A stretch of 64,000 bases of DNA from Octopus sinensis (lineage: Eukaryota): NCBI RefSeq assembly GCF_006345805.1, contig NC_043003.1, forward strand, positions 21,452,001 to 21,516,000, read 5' to 3'. The translations under genes and the position numbers were made by a program. The notes beneath the pieces are model-generated. The model was not told the origin of the DNA. It did no database searches and saw only the letters and a list, made by a program, of their open reading frames with translations. Positions 28,418 through 40,500 of the stretch are shown here, one piece after another. Position 1 is the first letter of the stretch, and the number at the start of each line of letters is the position of its first letter.

Positions 28418-29220
28418 GGCAGTGAGCTGGCAGAATTGCTAGCGTACTGGGGACAAATGCTTAGTAGTATTTCACTCATCACAGCATTGAGTTCAAATTC
28501 CACCAAGGTCAACTTTGCTTTTCATCCTTTCAGGGTCAATAAATTAAGTGCCAGTGAAACACTGGGGTCAATGTAACTGACTTATCCCCTCCCCCAAAAT
28601 GGCTGCCTGTGTTGCAACATTTGAAACCATTATTATTATTATTATTATTATTATTAGCGAAGAGTTAAATCATTTAACCAATCAATTGTTCAATCAATTG
28701 TTCAGCTGGTTTGTCAGACTTCTTTTGTTACAATTTGTGACCCCCATCATTGACATACCCAAGTAACCAAACTTTAGTTTTGTCATGTATGAGTGAAAGA
28801 GTGAGTGAGCATGCATGATGTGTTGGGTTGTTTTTATGGTTAGTATCTCTATAAGCAGGTTCTGTGTATGTACACGTACATGTGTGCAAGTCAGTTTGTG
28901 CATGCACACACGTGCCTTTTGTCACTTTTTGCTGTTGTTTTTGACGGATCATATTTTTCAGTTTATGGCTGTCAGCTTTGTATTCTTATCTCTCAGATCT
29001 GAAGGAAATAAATACATGAAGTCACATATATAATAGAAAAATGGCCGACACTAAATAGTAAATACAAGAGAAATAACAATTATCCAACCACCACCAACCA
29101 TAAATTCCCTCACCATTATATAGAGCTGTGGGTGTGTTGAGTGTGTGTGTATGTGAGCATGTGTTTGAGAGATCATGTGCTGGTTTGTATATATAAATAT
29201 ATATATATAAATATAAATAT

Positions 29221-29278
<58 letters not shown>

Positions 29279-29374
29279 ATATATATATCATCACCATCAT
29301 CATCATCATTTAATGTTCTATTTCCATGCTGACATTGGTTAGATGGCTGTATATATACACTTTTGAGGGTAGGG

Positions 29375-29790
29375 TGAAAAAAATTTGTTTTGGAGTTCAG
29401 AAATATCTCCAGATGAAGTGGATTCTTCAGGATCATCCACTTCTCCATTAAGCAGAGCATACAACCCTGCTGCAGCTAAAATACTGCCTACATTTTCCAA
29501 TCATCTTCCAGTTGATCTTCATATATCACCACTTTTTCCTTTAACAACCAAATGTGTTTAGTTGATGTTGTAACACGTCACCTTTCCAGATATTAAAGGA
29601 GAACCTGTGGTTCTTCAGTGAGGTCTTGAAGGGGTCTTCTGCTATTCCAACATATCGTTGCACTTGTATTGTCACAATGGGATCCTTAGGTGCAATTTCC
29701 ACTTCATACACAACAGTTCCTGTATCAAATTGGCTATTAAACAGTCATGTGTTGTTACCTCTGCATAAACAATCTACCTCCGTGCTTGAT
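29375..29790 (-). mobile_element. Degraded Penelope-like GIY-YIG fragment (different lineage)
   Basis: Frameshifted translation: DCLCRGNN...TVVYEVEI...RYVGIAEDPFKT..KNHRFSF...KHIWLLKEK...WKMIGKCRQY...LCLMEKWMIL...FLNSK. Confidence 0.65.
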
Positions 29791-30136
29791 TTATGGCAAT
29801 TATGCAAAACACCATATTTTCTACTCTGTATAAATTTTTACTCTTATCACAAAAGAGCAAAGTCTTATCAAAATTTTATATCTAATCTTCAGTACAAAAG
29901 ACCTCTAGCTATACCATTCCAATAATAATGTCTCATAATTGTTTAATTCTACTTTCTGCCTCAGGAAAGTCTGAGCTTGCACAAAACCACTCAGTAACTT
30001 AGCTCGACTAAGACATGGTTCTTATATAATACTGTTTTCAAACCATACCCACTCTATCATATATATTAAATGTGCTTGCTTTTTTACTCATGAACTCTCT
30101 TTGGATAACTATATGTGTATGTGTGTAGGTGTGTAA

Positions 30137-30684
30137 TATTGGGTTGTCCCGAAAGTTCGTGCCAATTTTTAAAGGAAAGAAAAAGGTCAATAAATAAATT
30201 ATATTTTTAATCAACCAAATATGAACCATTTTGTTGTACAATGCGTCTCCATCTTTCCTTTAACTTGAAAATACCCTCTTCCCAGAATTGAGGTGGTTTC
30301 ATGCCAAAGAATTCATAAAGGTATCTTTTTACATCATCCAAGGAATTGAAATTTTTACCATTAAGACTATTCTGCAGAGACCTGAATAATTTGAAATCTG
30401 AAGGAGCAATATCTGGTGAATATGGAGGGTGGGGTAACACATCCCAGCCGAGCTGCAGTAATTTTTGTCTGGTTACCAAGGCATCAAGTGCCAAAAATGA
30501 ACTTTCTTATCTTCCATTTTAAAGGGTTACAGAATTAACACAGGTTATAGGAACATAAACCTTCTTCCACACAAAGATAGCTTAAACTGTGCTCTAAATG
30601 GAGGTGTAGTCAAATCCTATTTTATGGACTCAACCATGTTCTAAAATAAGTTGAAAGGTAAGCTACAAACTTTCTTGACAACCC

Positions 30685-30688
<4 letters not shown>
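30137..30688 (-). mobile_element. Internally deleted mariner (mellifera-like) with open C-terminal transposase
   Basis: Imperfect TIRs tattgggttgtcccgaaagttcg / RC tatagggttgtcaagaaagtttg with TA ends; ORF LVTRQKLLQLGWDVLPHPPYSPDIAPSDFKLFRSLQNSLNGKNFNSLDDVK. Confidence 0.88.
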
Positions 30689-30717
<29 letters not shown>

Positions 30718-30963
30718 ATACATACATAGGTATCAATCATGCAAATGTATATTCATCCATCCATATAAATATTTATATATATATACATATATATATATAT
30801 TATACATACACATATCACACTTTCATCCATCCATATAAATATTCATATTTAAACACCCCTAGAGAGAGTTTTTGTCTTCTAATTGCAAAGACAATCTCAG
30901 TTAATCGAACTGAAATTTTTCAACTCATTATATTACATATGCAGGTTTCTACCATATATCTAT

Positions 30964-31010
<47 letters not shown>

Positions 31011-32065
31011 TATATATATATATTATATATACACACATATGTATATACACACACACACACATATATATATACACACACACATACATGTATGAATATATAT
31101 ATATTTATATATATACTATGCGTAATGCTCCCCTGGGGTACAAACAAATATATTGTTCTGTTTCTGATATACATTCAACCATACTGGAAGATAACTATGA
31201 ATATAAAACAGAAAAGCGGAAAGGGAAAAGGTGAGACAATTTTCTTTCTCTTTTCCCTAACAAAAATATCAAGAACAAAATAGTAATTTACGAGGAAATG
31301 CTTTAAGAAAATATTATAAATCAATATAAAGGATATATTTTTGAACGGTTTGGTTTATATATAGTACAAAGTTCAACGTTGCCATATTTTTAAAATGTTT
31401 TATTTATTCGATTTTAATCCATCCTCTTCCTCATCACCACCCTCACCATCCTCATCATCATCATTTCTTTTCTTCAGTCCGGTCATATTTTTGTTCTTAA
31501 GAGATTAACTATTAAATTCAAGTTTAATGGAAATTACTGTTTATGGAAATAACAAATTAGGGCGCATTAAAGCAATAGCGATAAAAATATATAATTGCTT
31601 GCTTTATTCTCCTTTCCTAACTTACAAGTCATTAGTGTTTATTTGCATCACTGACGGTCAATATCGAACATCAAGAAACTAAAGATATCTTGTAATAACA
31701 ATGATAGAAATACTTATTAATATTCTAATCTATGAATCAAATTTTTTCTAGTAACTTACCATAGAATAATGTATGAAAGATTTCTTGTTTAAAACCCAGA
31801 GCAATATTTGAACAGGAGAATGCAGTGAGCTGACAAAATCATTATGGCACCAGACAAAATGCTTAGCAACATTTTTCGGTTTTACATTCTGAGTTTCAAA
31901 TATCACAAAGGTCAACTTTGCCTTTCATCCTATCAGGTTTAATAAAATAAGTACCAGGGAAGCACTGGGGTCAATATAACTGACTTTGTCTTCTCCCCTA
32001 AAAATTGCTGGCCTTGTACCAAACTTAGAAAAGCATATTTGAAGAGGGGTGGGACTTGAGTTACT

Positions 32066-32580
32066 TACCGTAAATCCTCGAGTATAATCCGCATTTTTTT
32101 CCCAAAATTTAAAGGTCAAAATCCCTAGTGCGTACTATATATGAGATTAGAAATGAAAATTATTTTCTAAGCAATGTCCGAGTCTCTATTTGCTGTTTGG
32201 CAATGTTTACTCAGACGCATTTTGTGATGACGGGCGCAAAAATACCCTAAGCTAAGCCTGAAAGCAATGAAGTCATAAAAGAATCATCCATAACTTGCAG
32301 TAAGCAACATTTATTAAACGTTATTACTGTTATTTCTTTATTTTCTGGAAAAAAATGCACAAAAAAGCTTCACGTTTGCATTATGTTATATATACAATAA
32401 TAATAAAGGATGTTACCATATACATTTTTACAAACCAAGGACGTTATATAGACCTCCTTGACTCAAGTTAGAGAAGGGGTGCGTATTATACACAAGGTTT
32501 AGGTTTTTCAGAGGTACAGCCCCCTAAAAATCCTCTGCGTATTATACTCAAGGGCAGACTATACTCGAGGATTTACAGTA
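32066..32580. mobile_element. pogo/Tigger/Tc2-like MITE
   Basis: TIRs taccgtaaatcctcgagtata / tatactcgaggatttacagta with TA ends; second copy at 45381-45849. Confidence 0.85.
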
Positions 32581-32705
32581 ATCCAAACCTATATACTACC
32601 AATTCTTTATCTGCAAATTTGGATGAAGGAAAATGCTAACTTAAGCAAGGTTTGAACCCAGAACCAAGAAAGATGAATCTAAATATTGTAATAAATCATT
32701 TAGAC

Positions 32706-32929
32706 CAGTGGTTGCCAAAAATGAGTAGTAATGCCCTGCTGGGAGTGATGTAAAGATCCGGGGAAGCGTTGAAGAAAAATAGAATGATAATGAGATTAAT
32801 TAGGTGAATTTTTATTTGTAAAATACTGTTGTTTTGAATTTGCAGCAGAAAGTAGTCTGTATTTGTAGTGCAAGGAATGAGGCCTCATGGCCAAGAGGGC
32901 GGCAGCCTGAAAATGTTTGGAAACCACTG
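32706..32929. mobile_element. hAT-type MITE; its right end plus flank is tandemly duplicated to ~33060
   Basis: TIRs cagtggttgccaaa / tttggaaaccactg; TSD atttagac/atttagtc. Confidence 0.7.
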
Positions 32930-33256
32930 ATTTAGTCCTATGGTCTCCTACTTCAGCCATCATCAGAGCCTACATGGCCAAGAGGGTGGAAGCCTGAAAA
33001 AGTTTGGAAACCACTGATTTAGTCCTATGGTATCCTAGTTCAGCTATCATCAGAGCTTTTTTTAGTATATGTAATAATATCTTACTGGAGAGGAATAACA
33101 TGCAATCAGATGCATCACTTAAGAATACGACATCATAATATCAGTTTTGGAGAGATGAAAACTTAAAGCTGACCCCAGCATGGTTTGAACTTGGAAGGAC
33201 AAAACTAAATATTCTAACGAATTTAGTTCAATACTCTCCATATTTAGAAATATACA

Positions 33257-34145
33257 TACAAGGTCTGATCAATAAGTATCCGGATTGTTGCCATAGTAAT
33301 GAAGCTAAAGCACACAAACTAAAGCCATTTGGCAAAGATTGACCTTGAACTCTGCTGTGCATGTGCACTAAGTTTTAACATTCTAGCTTGCTTCTGTTGT
33401 TTACAGCAGTGCTTGGAAGGAAGGTGTGTAGTATGTGATCGTCACACTGATCATGACAGAGAAAGTGGTCATGCTGATACCTGCTCAGAGCCCAGCAAAA
33501 ATTTGTAGAAAGTGTATGAGCTGCACACAAGTGTACGAGTGGTTCAGACATTTCCAAAATGGCCGAAAAAGTGTCAGTATTGTTGAACATTCTGGGAGAC
33601 CTACAGCCAGCAAAACTGAGAAAAACATCACAGATGTGCGTGCAGCTGTGAGGGGAAATTATCAAATCACCATCCGTGAGTTATCAGAGGATGTACAGAT
33701 TAGTTACAGTTCAGTTCAGTCCATTATCACTGAAGACTTAGGTATGAGACATGTACCTGTCAATTTTGTGCCAAAACTGCTTTCAGTTGACCAAAAATGA
33801 CACTCAGATTTCAGTTGCACAAGATCTCCTTAATTGAGTCAAGAATTACGAAAACCTTTTGAAAACTTTGTGTTAGGCCTCTGAGCAGGTACTGCCAAGC
33901 TTTTGACAAAATTTGATACAGATTCTCTTCTCAACATTCTCCGTGATGGTCAATGCGACAATCACATGCTACACACTTTCCTTCCAGGCACTGCTGTAAA
34001 CAGCAGAAGTGAACTAGGATGTTAAAATTTAGTGCACAAGCACAGGAGATTTTAAGTTCAATCTATGTCAAGTGGCTTCACTCTGCATGTTTCAGTTTCA
34101 TTACTATGGCAACAGTCTGGATACTTATTGATCAGAACACATGTA
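33257..34145. mobile_element. Non-autonomous derivative of the same mariner family bounded by two inverted 5' ends
   Basis: Left end tacaaggtctgatcaataagtatccgg plus N-terminal transposase (YEWFRHFQNGRKSV..HSGRP..SKTEKNI..VR). 33880-34145 is the reverse complement of the 5' ~260 bp, not the normal 3' end seen at 13800. Confidence 0.8.
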
Positions 34146-34269
34146 TCATTTTTCAGTACGTAAAGATTATTTCTAATACTGATACAAAGCCATAAATTTA
34201 AGAAGGGAAGGAGATATTTGATTGTATTTGTGTGTTATAGCTGAAGTGTTATACTAAAAATTTGCCTGT

Positions 34270-34740
34270 GAGTAACATTAAAAATTTGTCTTTGTGTGTG
34301 TCACTGACAAATTGTGCATATTTGTAAAGCTAAAAAAATTATGTATGTGTAAAGTCGAGAGATTTTCTCAGTGTAACATTGCTAAAACTATGTGTGTGTC
34401 ACTGACAAATTGCGTGTATTTGTAAAACTAAAAAATTATGTGTGTAAAGTTGATAGATTTTCTCAGTGTAACATTGATAAACTATGTGTGTGTGTGTGTG
34501 GGTGTAAAGTTGACAGATATTTTAAGTGTAACATTGATAAATTGTCTGTGTGACACTGACAAACTGTGTGCGCAGATACTGAAAAACTGTTAATGAGTGT
34601 GACACAGGCAAATTGTGTCTATGTGTGACACTAATAATTTGTCTATCTTTGACACCGACAAATTGCTTATGTAACACTAACAACTTGACTGTATGCAACA
34701 TTGATAAATTGTGTGAATTTATGACAGCGACAAGCAGCTT
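34270..34740. repeat. Degenerate ~100-bp tandem repeat (tgtgtcactgacaaattg...cagtgtaacattg)
   Basis: Two clear units at ~34295-34490, then decaying units. Confidence 0.7.
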
Positions 34741-35102
34741 TGTCAAGAAAATAGCAAATTACTTTCTTTCTTTTTTCTTTAATGACAATGACAGATTATC
34801 TTGGAAAAATACCAGAAGTTGTGATTAACTTTGAAGAGAACAGGTGCAGGTGAAGAAAAGAATTTGTTAAAATATAATGTTAATAACTGTTCTAGATGGC
34901 AGTGGAAATTTGATAGTTTGGTTTATGGCAGTAAATCCTGTGGTTTTAACTAAAGAGTTAAACTTAACTATTATTAGTTAATGACAGCTTCAGCTGAGCT
35001 CATCATTATTAAACATCATTTATTCAAACAGTTTTCAAATACTCTGTTAGTAATGTTAGTTGTAATGAAATGTGAGGTCGACTTTAAAAAAATAAATACT
35101 TT

Positions 35103-35108
35103 TTTATT
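35103..35108 (-). terminator. Candidate AATAAA polyadenylation signal ~200 nt downstream of the SLC37A4-like stop
   Basis: tttatt on the + strand; position only, and such hexamers are frequent in AT-rich DNA. Confidence 0.25.
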
Positions 35109-35310
35109 CTCCAATTATGTAAGTAGTTGCTGCAACTTACGACAATAGCAACGGTGGTTTTGTTAATGCACTCAATGACAACAAAAAATACACAGAAAAC
35201 AAGTTGCTATTTTCCAAGAGTCCTCAAAATCAAACGTATTCAAAGTGTAGCTGAGTAGCAGCCCTTCAGTATTTGAGGAAAATTTTGATGGATATATGAA
35301 CAATCGGGTT

Positions 35311-35483
35311 TCAGGATGTTTTGTCTTTTGTGTCGTCTTGTTTCAGTTGACATTGCATACGGCCCAGCTGCCAGAATAAAGCCAGTGAAACAAGAGATAA
35401 ATAGCAAATGTACACAAATGTTTGATGCCACCCTCGATGACTGGCCAGATATGTAACCGGTAAGCCAGCAATCACACCACCAG
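35311..35483 (-). CDS. SLC37A4: SLC37A4-like terminal coding exon (173 nt incl. TGA): AGGVIAGLPVTYLASHRGWHQTFVYICYLSLVSLALFWQLGRMQCQLKQDDTKDKTS*
   Basis: Acceptor gtcttttctag; matches G6PT VGGFLAGLPFSTIAKHYSW; stop at 35311-35313. Confidence 0.93.
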
Positions 35484-36092
35484 CTAGAAAAGACAAATTA
35501 GAGAAATAAAAAAAAATTATTTTTTATTGAAGGATATAAATGATGACTGATTTTTAAATATTACTTTAATATTTCAATAATATTTTAAATATTTAAATAT
35601 CATTTTAACACAAGTTAAAGATGAACAAAACATTCACATAATGGATTTGGTAGATGGAAACTGAAAAAAGCCTGTCATGTAAGTATATATATATATATAT
35701 ATATATTTCAACAATTGAGGGTAAAATTAATTAGCTATTAATCAATTTCACCAAGTATTCAGTATGTAAAGGGACCATTTAAGGCGAATTCAAAATATTA
35801 CATTGTATAAAAGGGCTTAGTAAAATAAATTACTTTGCCACATACTGAACTCATTAGAAATAGCAGCCAAAAAAAGATTTTTTAGCCATTTCTAATACTT
35901 AAAGAAAATTTCTCTCAGATAGTGTTTACTCAAATAGTGTTTACTCAGATAGTGTTTATTTTGAGTAAACACTATCTGAGAGAAATTATTAGAAGTATTA
36001 GAAATGGCTAAAAAATCTTTTTTTGGCTGCTATTTCTAATGAGTTCAGTATGTGGCAAAGTAATTTATTTTACTAAGCCCTTTTATACAATG

Positions 36093-36125
<33 letters not shown>

Positions 36126-37442
36126 AGCAAAATGCCCCCCGTCCAATGGACGGTGCTGAGTTGTCAAACATTTAAACCAATTTTTTTTTAAAAACAACTT
36201 GTCTGACCGTCCCATAGGCCTCCCCTTTCAGAAACAATGATTTAACTTAAATTTGAGACACCAGCAACAGAAGAAATAAAGATAGACATTTTTTCTTTTC
36301 CAAAGAATAACGATTTTATTCAGACAAATATGCAACCGAAGAGTTTAAAGTACCAGTAAGTACAGCACAACAGCTGATGTACTTGCACGTACAAATGCAC
36401 GTTCCCATGGCTTTATCGACCGCATTCTCACCTGGAATTGATTTAAAAAATTTTTTCAAGACTTATACACGCCCTGATACCGTCAGTATCTACATACCAA
36501 ATTTGAGCGCAATCGGATGGAGGATGCCCAAGATCCTAGAAGACACACACACAGACAGAACGGATTTTATATATATATCTTTGGGGAGGGGGATCTCTGT
36601 GTCTGTGCGTGTCCCCGACCTTGCTTGACAACCAGTGTTGGTGTGTTTACAGCTTCCATAACTTAGTGGTTTGGCAAAAGAGACCCATAGAATAAATACC
36701 AGGCTTAAAAGATAAAGTACTAGGGTTGGTTCATTCGACTAAAAAATTCTTCAAGACAGTGCCCCAGCATGGCCAAGATAACTTATGTTGATATACAATT
36801 AGTGTTTTGTCTGATGGCTTATTCAACCAGTCTGGCTAAATAAGCCATCAGGCAAACATAGAATCCTAACCAATATGAATTTTATATGAAAGGATACATA
36901 TTTACAAATATTACATACTTAAGGCCCATTTTCTTCATAAGGAACCACTGTTTTTATAATAGCTTGTTCCACGATTAACCTTTTAGCATTCAGATAACTC
37001 TTTCAAATGTAATGTTTATTTATTCACATTGTTTTGAATTAATTATGCATCATCTCACAGCTTCGAGATTTTGATGATGTGACTGTTTATTTTTAGAATG
37101 ACATTGTAGGCTAAGTGTGAGAGGCTGGATCTGGCCAGTTTGAACATAAAACAGGTATAATATTTAGGCCTCATATGGCTGGTTTAAATTCTAAATGGTT
37201 AATGATGGTCCTCTCTCAATCTTTTATTCATAAAATAATGTATCACAGATGGCATTTTTTTTATATGACAATAGGCATAGGAGTGGCTGTGTGGTAAGTA
37301 GCTTGCTTACAAACCACATGGTTCCGGGTTCAGTCCCACTGCGTGGCCTCTTGGGCAAGTATCTTCTACAATAACCTCAGGTTGACCGAAGCCTTATGAG
37401 TGGATTTGGTAGACGGAAACTGAAAGAAGCCCGTCGTATATA

Positions 37443-37519
<77 letters not shown>

Positions 37520-40500
37520 GTATGTGTGTGTATTTGTTTGTGTGTCTGTGTTTGTTCCCCCAATGTCGCTTGACAACCGATGCTGGTGTGTTTACGTCCC
37601 TGTAACTTAGCGGTTCGGTAAAAGAGACCGATAGAATAAGTACTAAGGTTACAAAGAATAAGTCCTGGGGTCGATTTGCTCGATCGACTAAAGGCAGTGC
37701 TCCAGCATGGCCACAGTCAAATGACTGAAACAAGTAAAAGAGTAAAGAGTAATAGAGCTTGATTTGATAAAGATATGGCTAATATTTTAGCAAGCCACAA
37801 AACCATGTAAAGCCTCCCTTGATAGCTTGTTTTCTATAACATTATGACAAAGATGTACAACATCTTTTATTAAAACATGATGCTATGTGACTTCAAAATT
37901 CTCTATTCAAATGGACTTTCAGATATTCTGACTCAGTGCACCTATCCATTGAGTTGTGATCCTTAATCAGGGCGGCCCTGCTTGCAACAGTTTCGATTCT
38001 CATTTACATGTGCATGGTTAATAGCAAAGAGTGTATTCATGCATGTATAAAAATTGGTGTTCAAATACAACCAAATTTTAGAAACCGAAAAAAAAAAAAC
38101 CTTTTCCATTTATAATAAATTTATAAGCACTGTGTAACAAACTAGCTACTCACTGGAATTGTTAGTCAACATAATATACCTGCTGAACCAAAGACTATCA
38201 CACCTAGTTTCAATAATATATATGAAAATAAAGTGGATGCAATTTTATTGAACACCTGGAATTAATTATTAATATAATTGTTCTGGCTGCATTGATATAC
38301 TAATATGTCTATTGATGAACAGTCTTTAAAAGAAAATTGCAACTTGTGTTGTAACAGGCATGGCTGTGTTATTAAGAAGCTTGCTTCCCAACTGCATGGT
38401 CTTGAGTTCAGTCCTACTGCATGGCACCTTTGCGAAAATTGTTCTGCTATAGTCCTGGACTGACCAAAGCATTACGAATGGATTTGGGAGATGGAAACTG
38501 AAAGAAGCCCATCGTATGTATGCATATATATATATATATAAGTATAAGGTGTGCTATGAGCATTTATAGAACACATATCCAATATAAACTCAACAAACAA
38601 TTAAAGATGGAGAAGAGATGTTAAAAGTTTTATAAAATGTTTTAAACTTTTAACATCTCTTCTCCTTCTTTAATTGTTTGTTGAGTTTATATAGGATGTG
38701 TGTGCTATGTGTCCTATAAATGCTCATAACACACTTTATACTTGTAACATCTTCATATTTTTTTTAAATACTTACAATAGTAAGCTACAAATTTAATATG
38801 AAAAATCTTTATTAGAAATCTAATAAAAAGTAAAAGGATGAAATTGAACTCAACCTTTCTCATATATCATCATCATCATCATCATCATCATCGTTTAACG
38901 TCCGCTTTCCATGCTAGCATGGGTTGGACGGTTCAACTGGGGTCTGGCAAGCCCGAAGGCTGCACCAGGCCAGTCAGATCTGGCAGTGTTTCTACAGCTG
39001 GATGCCCTTCCTAATGCCAACCACTCCGAGAGTGTAGTGGGTGATTTTATGTGCCACCGACACAGGTGCCAGACGAGGCTGGCAGACGGTCACGCTCGGA
39101 TGGTGTTTTTTATGTGCCACCGACACAGGTGCCAGACGAGGCTGGCAGACGGCCACGCTCGGATGGTGTTTTTTATGTGCCACCGACACAGGTGCCAGAC
39201 GAGGCTGGCGAACAGCTACGATCGGATGGTGTTTGTTACGTGCCCACAGCATGGAGGCCAGTCGATGCGGTACTGGCTACGGTCCCGTTCAGATGGTTTT
39301 CTTATGTGCCACCGGCACTGGTACCACAAGGATACAAATTCCATTGATGTTCATCTATTTTGATTGGTTTGATTTGATTCGATATATATAATTTGGGATT
39401 TTTTCCAGAAGGTGAAAGTGGTAACAAGAACAGGACAGTGAGAAGAAGACAGTAAAAACAAACGGTGAGGGCTGTTAAGCCAAGACGATAGAAAAATTAC
39501 TATGAACGCTAGGAGGACGAGCTATGAAAGGAGACAGGTATAAGTATGTCTTGTCTTTAGGAAGGAAATGGACAGAAATAGATAAATAAATAAATAAATA
39601 TATATATATATTTCTTTATTGCCCACAAGGGGCTAAACATAGAGGGGACAAACAAGGACAGACAAACGGATTAAGTCGATTACATCGACTCCAGTGCAAA
39701 ACTGGTACTTTATTTATCGACCCCGAAAGGATGAAAGGCAAAGTCGACCTCGGCAGAATTTGAACTCAGAACGTAACGACAGACGAAATACTGCTAAGCA
39801 TTTCACCCGGCGCGCTAATATTTCTGCCAGCTCGCCGACATACATATATACATACACACACACACACAGATACAAAATAAAATATATCAAATATAAATTG
39901 CAAATATTTACCATTTCCAAAAGCTGAACAGACAGAAGATGCAGCACCACACATATGTCCTGGCACTGATTCCAGAGCAGCAACTCCACTAATTGTGAGA
40001 GGACCATACACAAAGAAGCCAATAGCAAAACCAACCAGAACAACAAATATCTGTAAGAATAAAATAAAATATTAGAATAAATAGGCACAGGAGTGGCTGT
40101 GTGGTAAGTAGCTTGCTAACCAACCACATGGTTCCGGGTTCAGTCCCACTGCGTGGCATCTTGGGCAAGTGTCTTCTACTATAGCCCTGGGCTGACCAAT
40201 GCCTTGTGAGTGGATTTGGTAGACGGAAACTGAAAGAAGCCTGTCATATATATGTATATATATATATGTGTGTGTGTTTGTTCCCCTAGCATTGCTTGAC
40301 AACCGATGCTGGTGTGTTTACGTCCTCGTCACTTAGCGATTCGGCAAAAGAGGTCGCTAGAATAAGTACTGGGCTTACAAAGAATAAGTCCCAGGGTCGA
40401 TTTGCTCCACTAACGGCGGTGCTCCAGCATGGCCGCAGTCAAATGACTGAAACAAGTAAAAGAGTAAAATAATTAAAAGAAAAAAAAACAATCCACAAAA

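Noticed and set aside
37265-37350. tRNA genes suggested by A/B boxes (here and at other SINE heads)
   Set aside because: No complete cloverleaf or acceptor stem; they continue directly into SINE cores
39040-39240. Regularly spaced ~61-bp direct repeats suggestive of a CRISPR array
   Set aside because: Units are contiguous tandem copies without unique spacers, lie inside an RTE 3'UTR, and the context is eukaryotic with no cas genes
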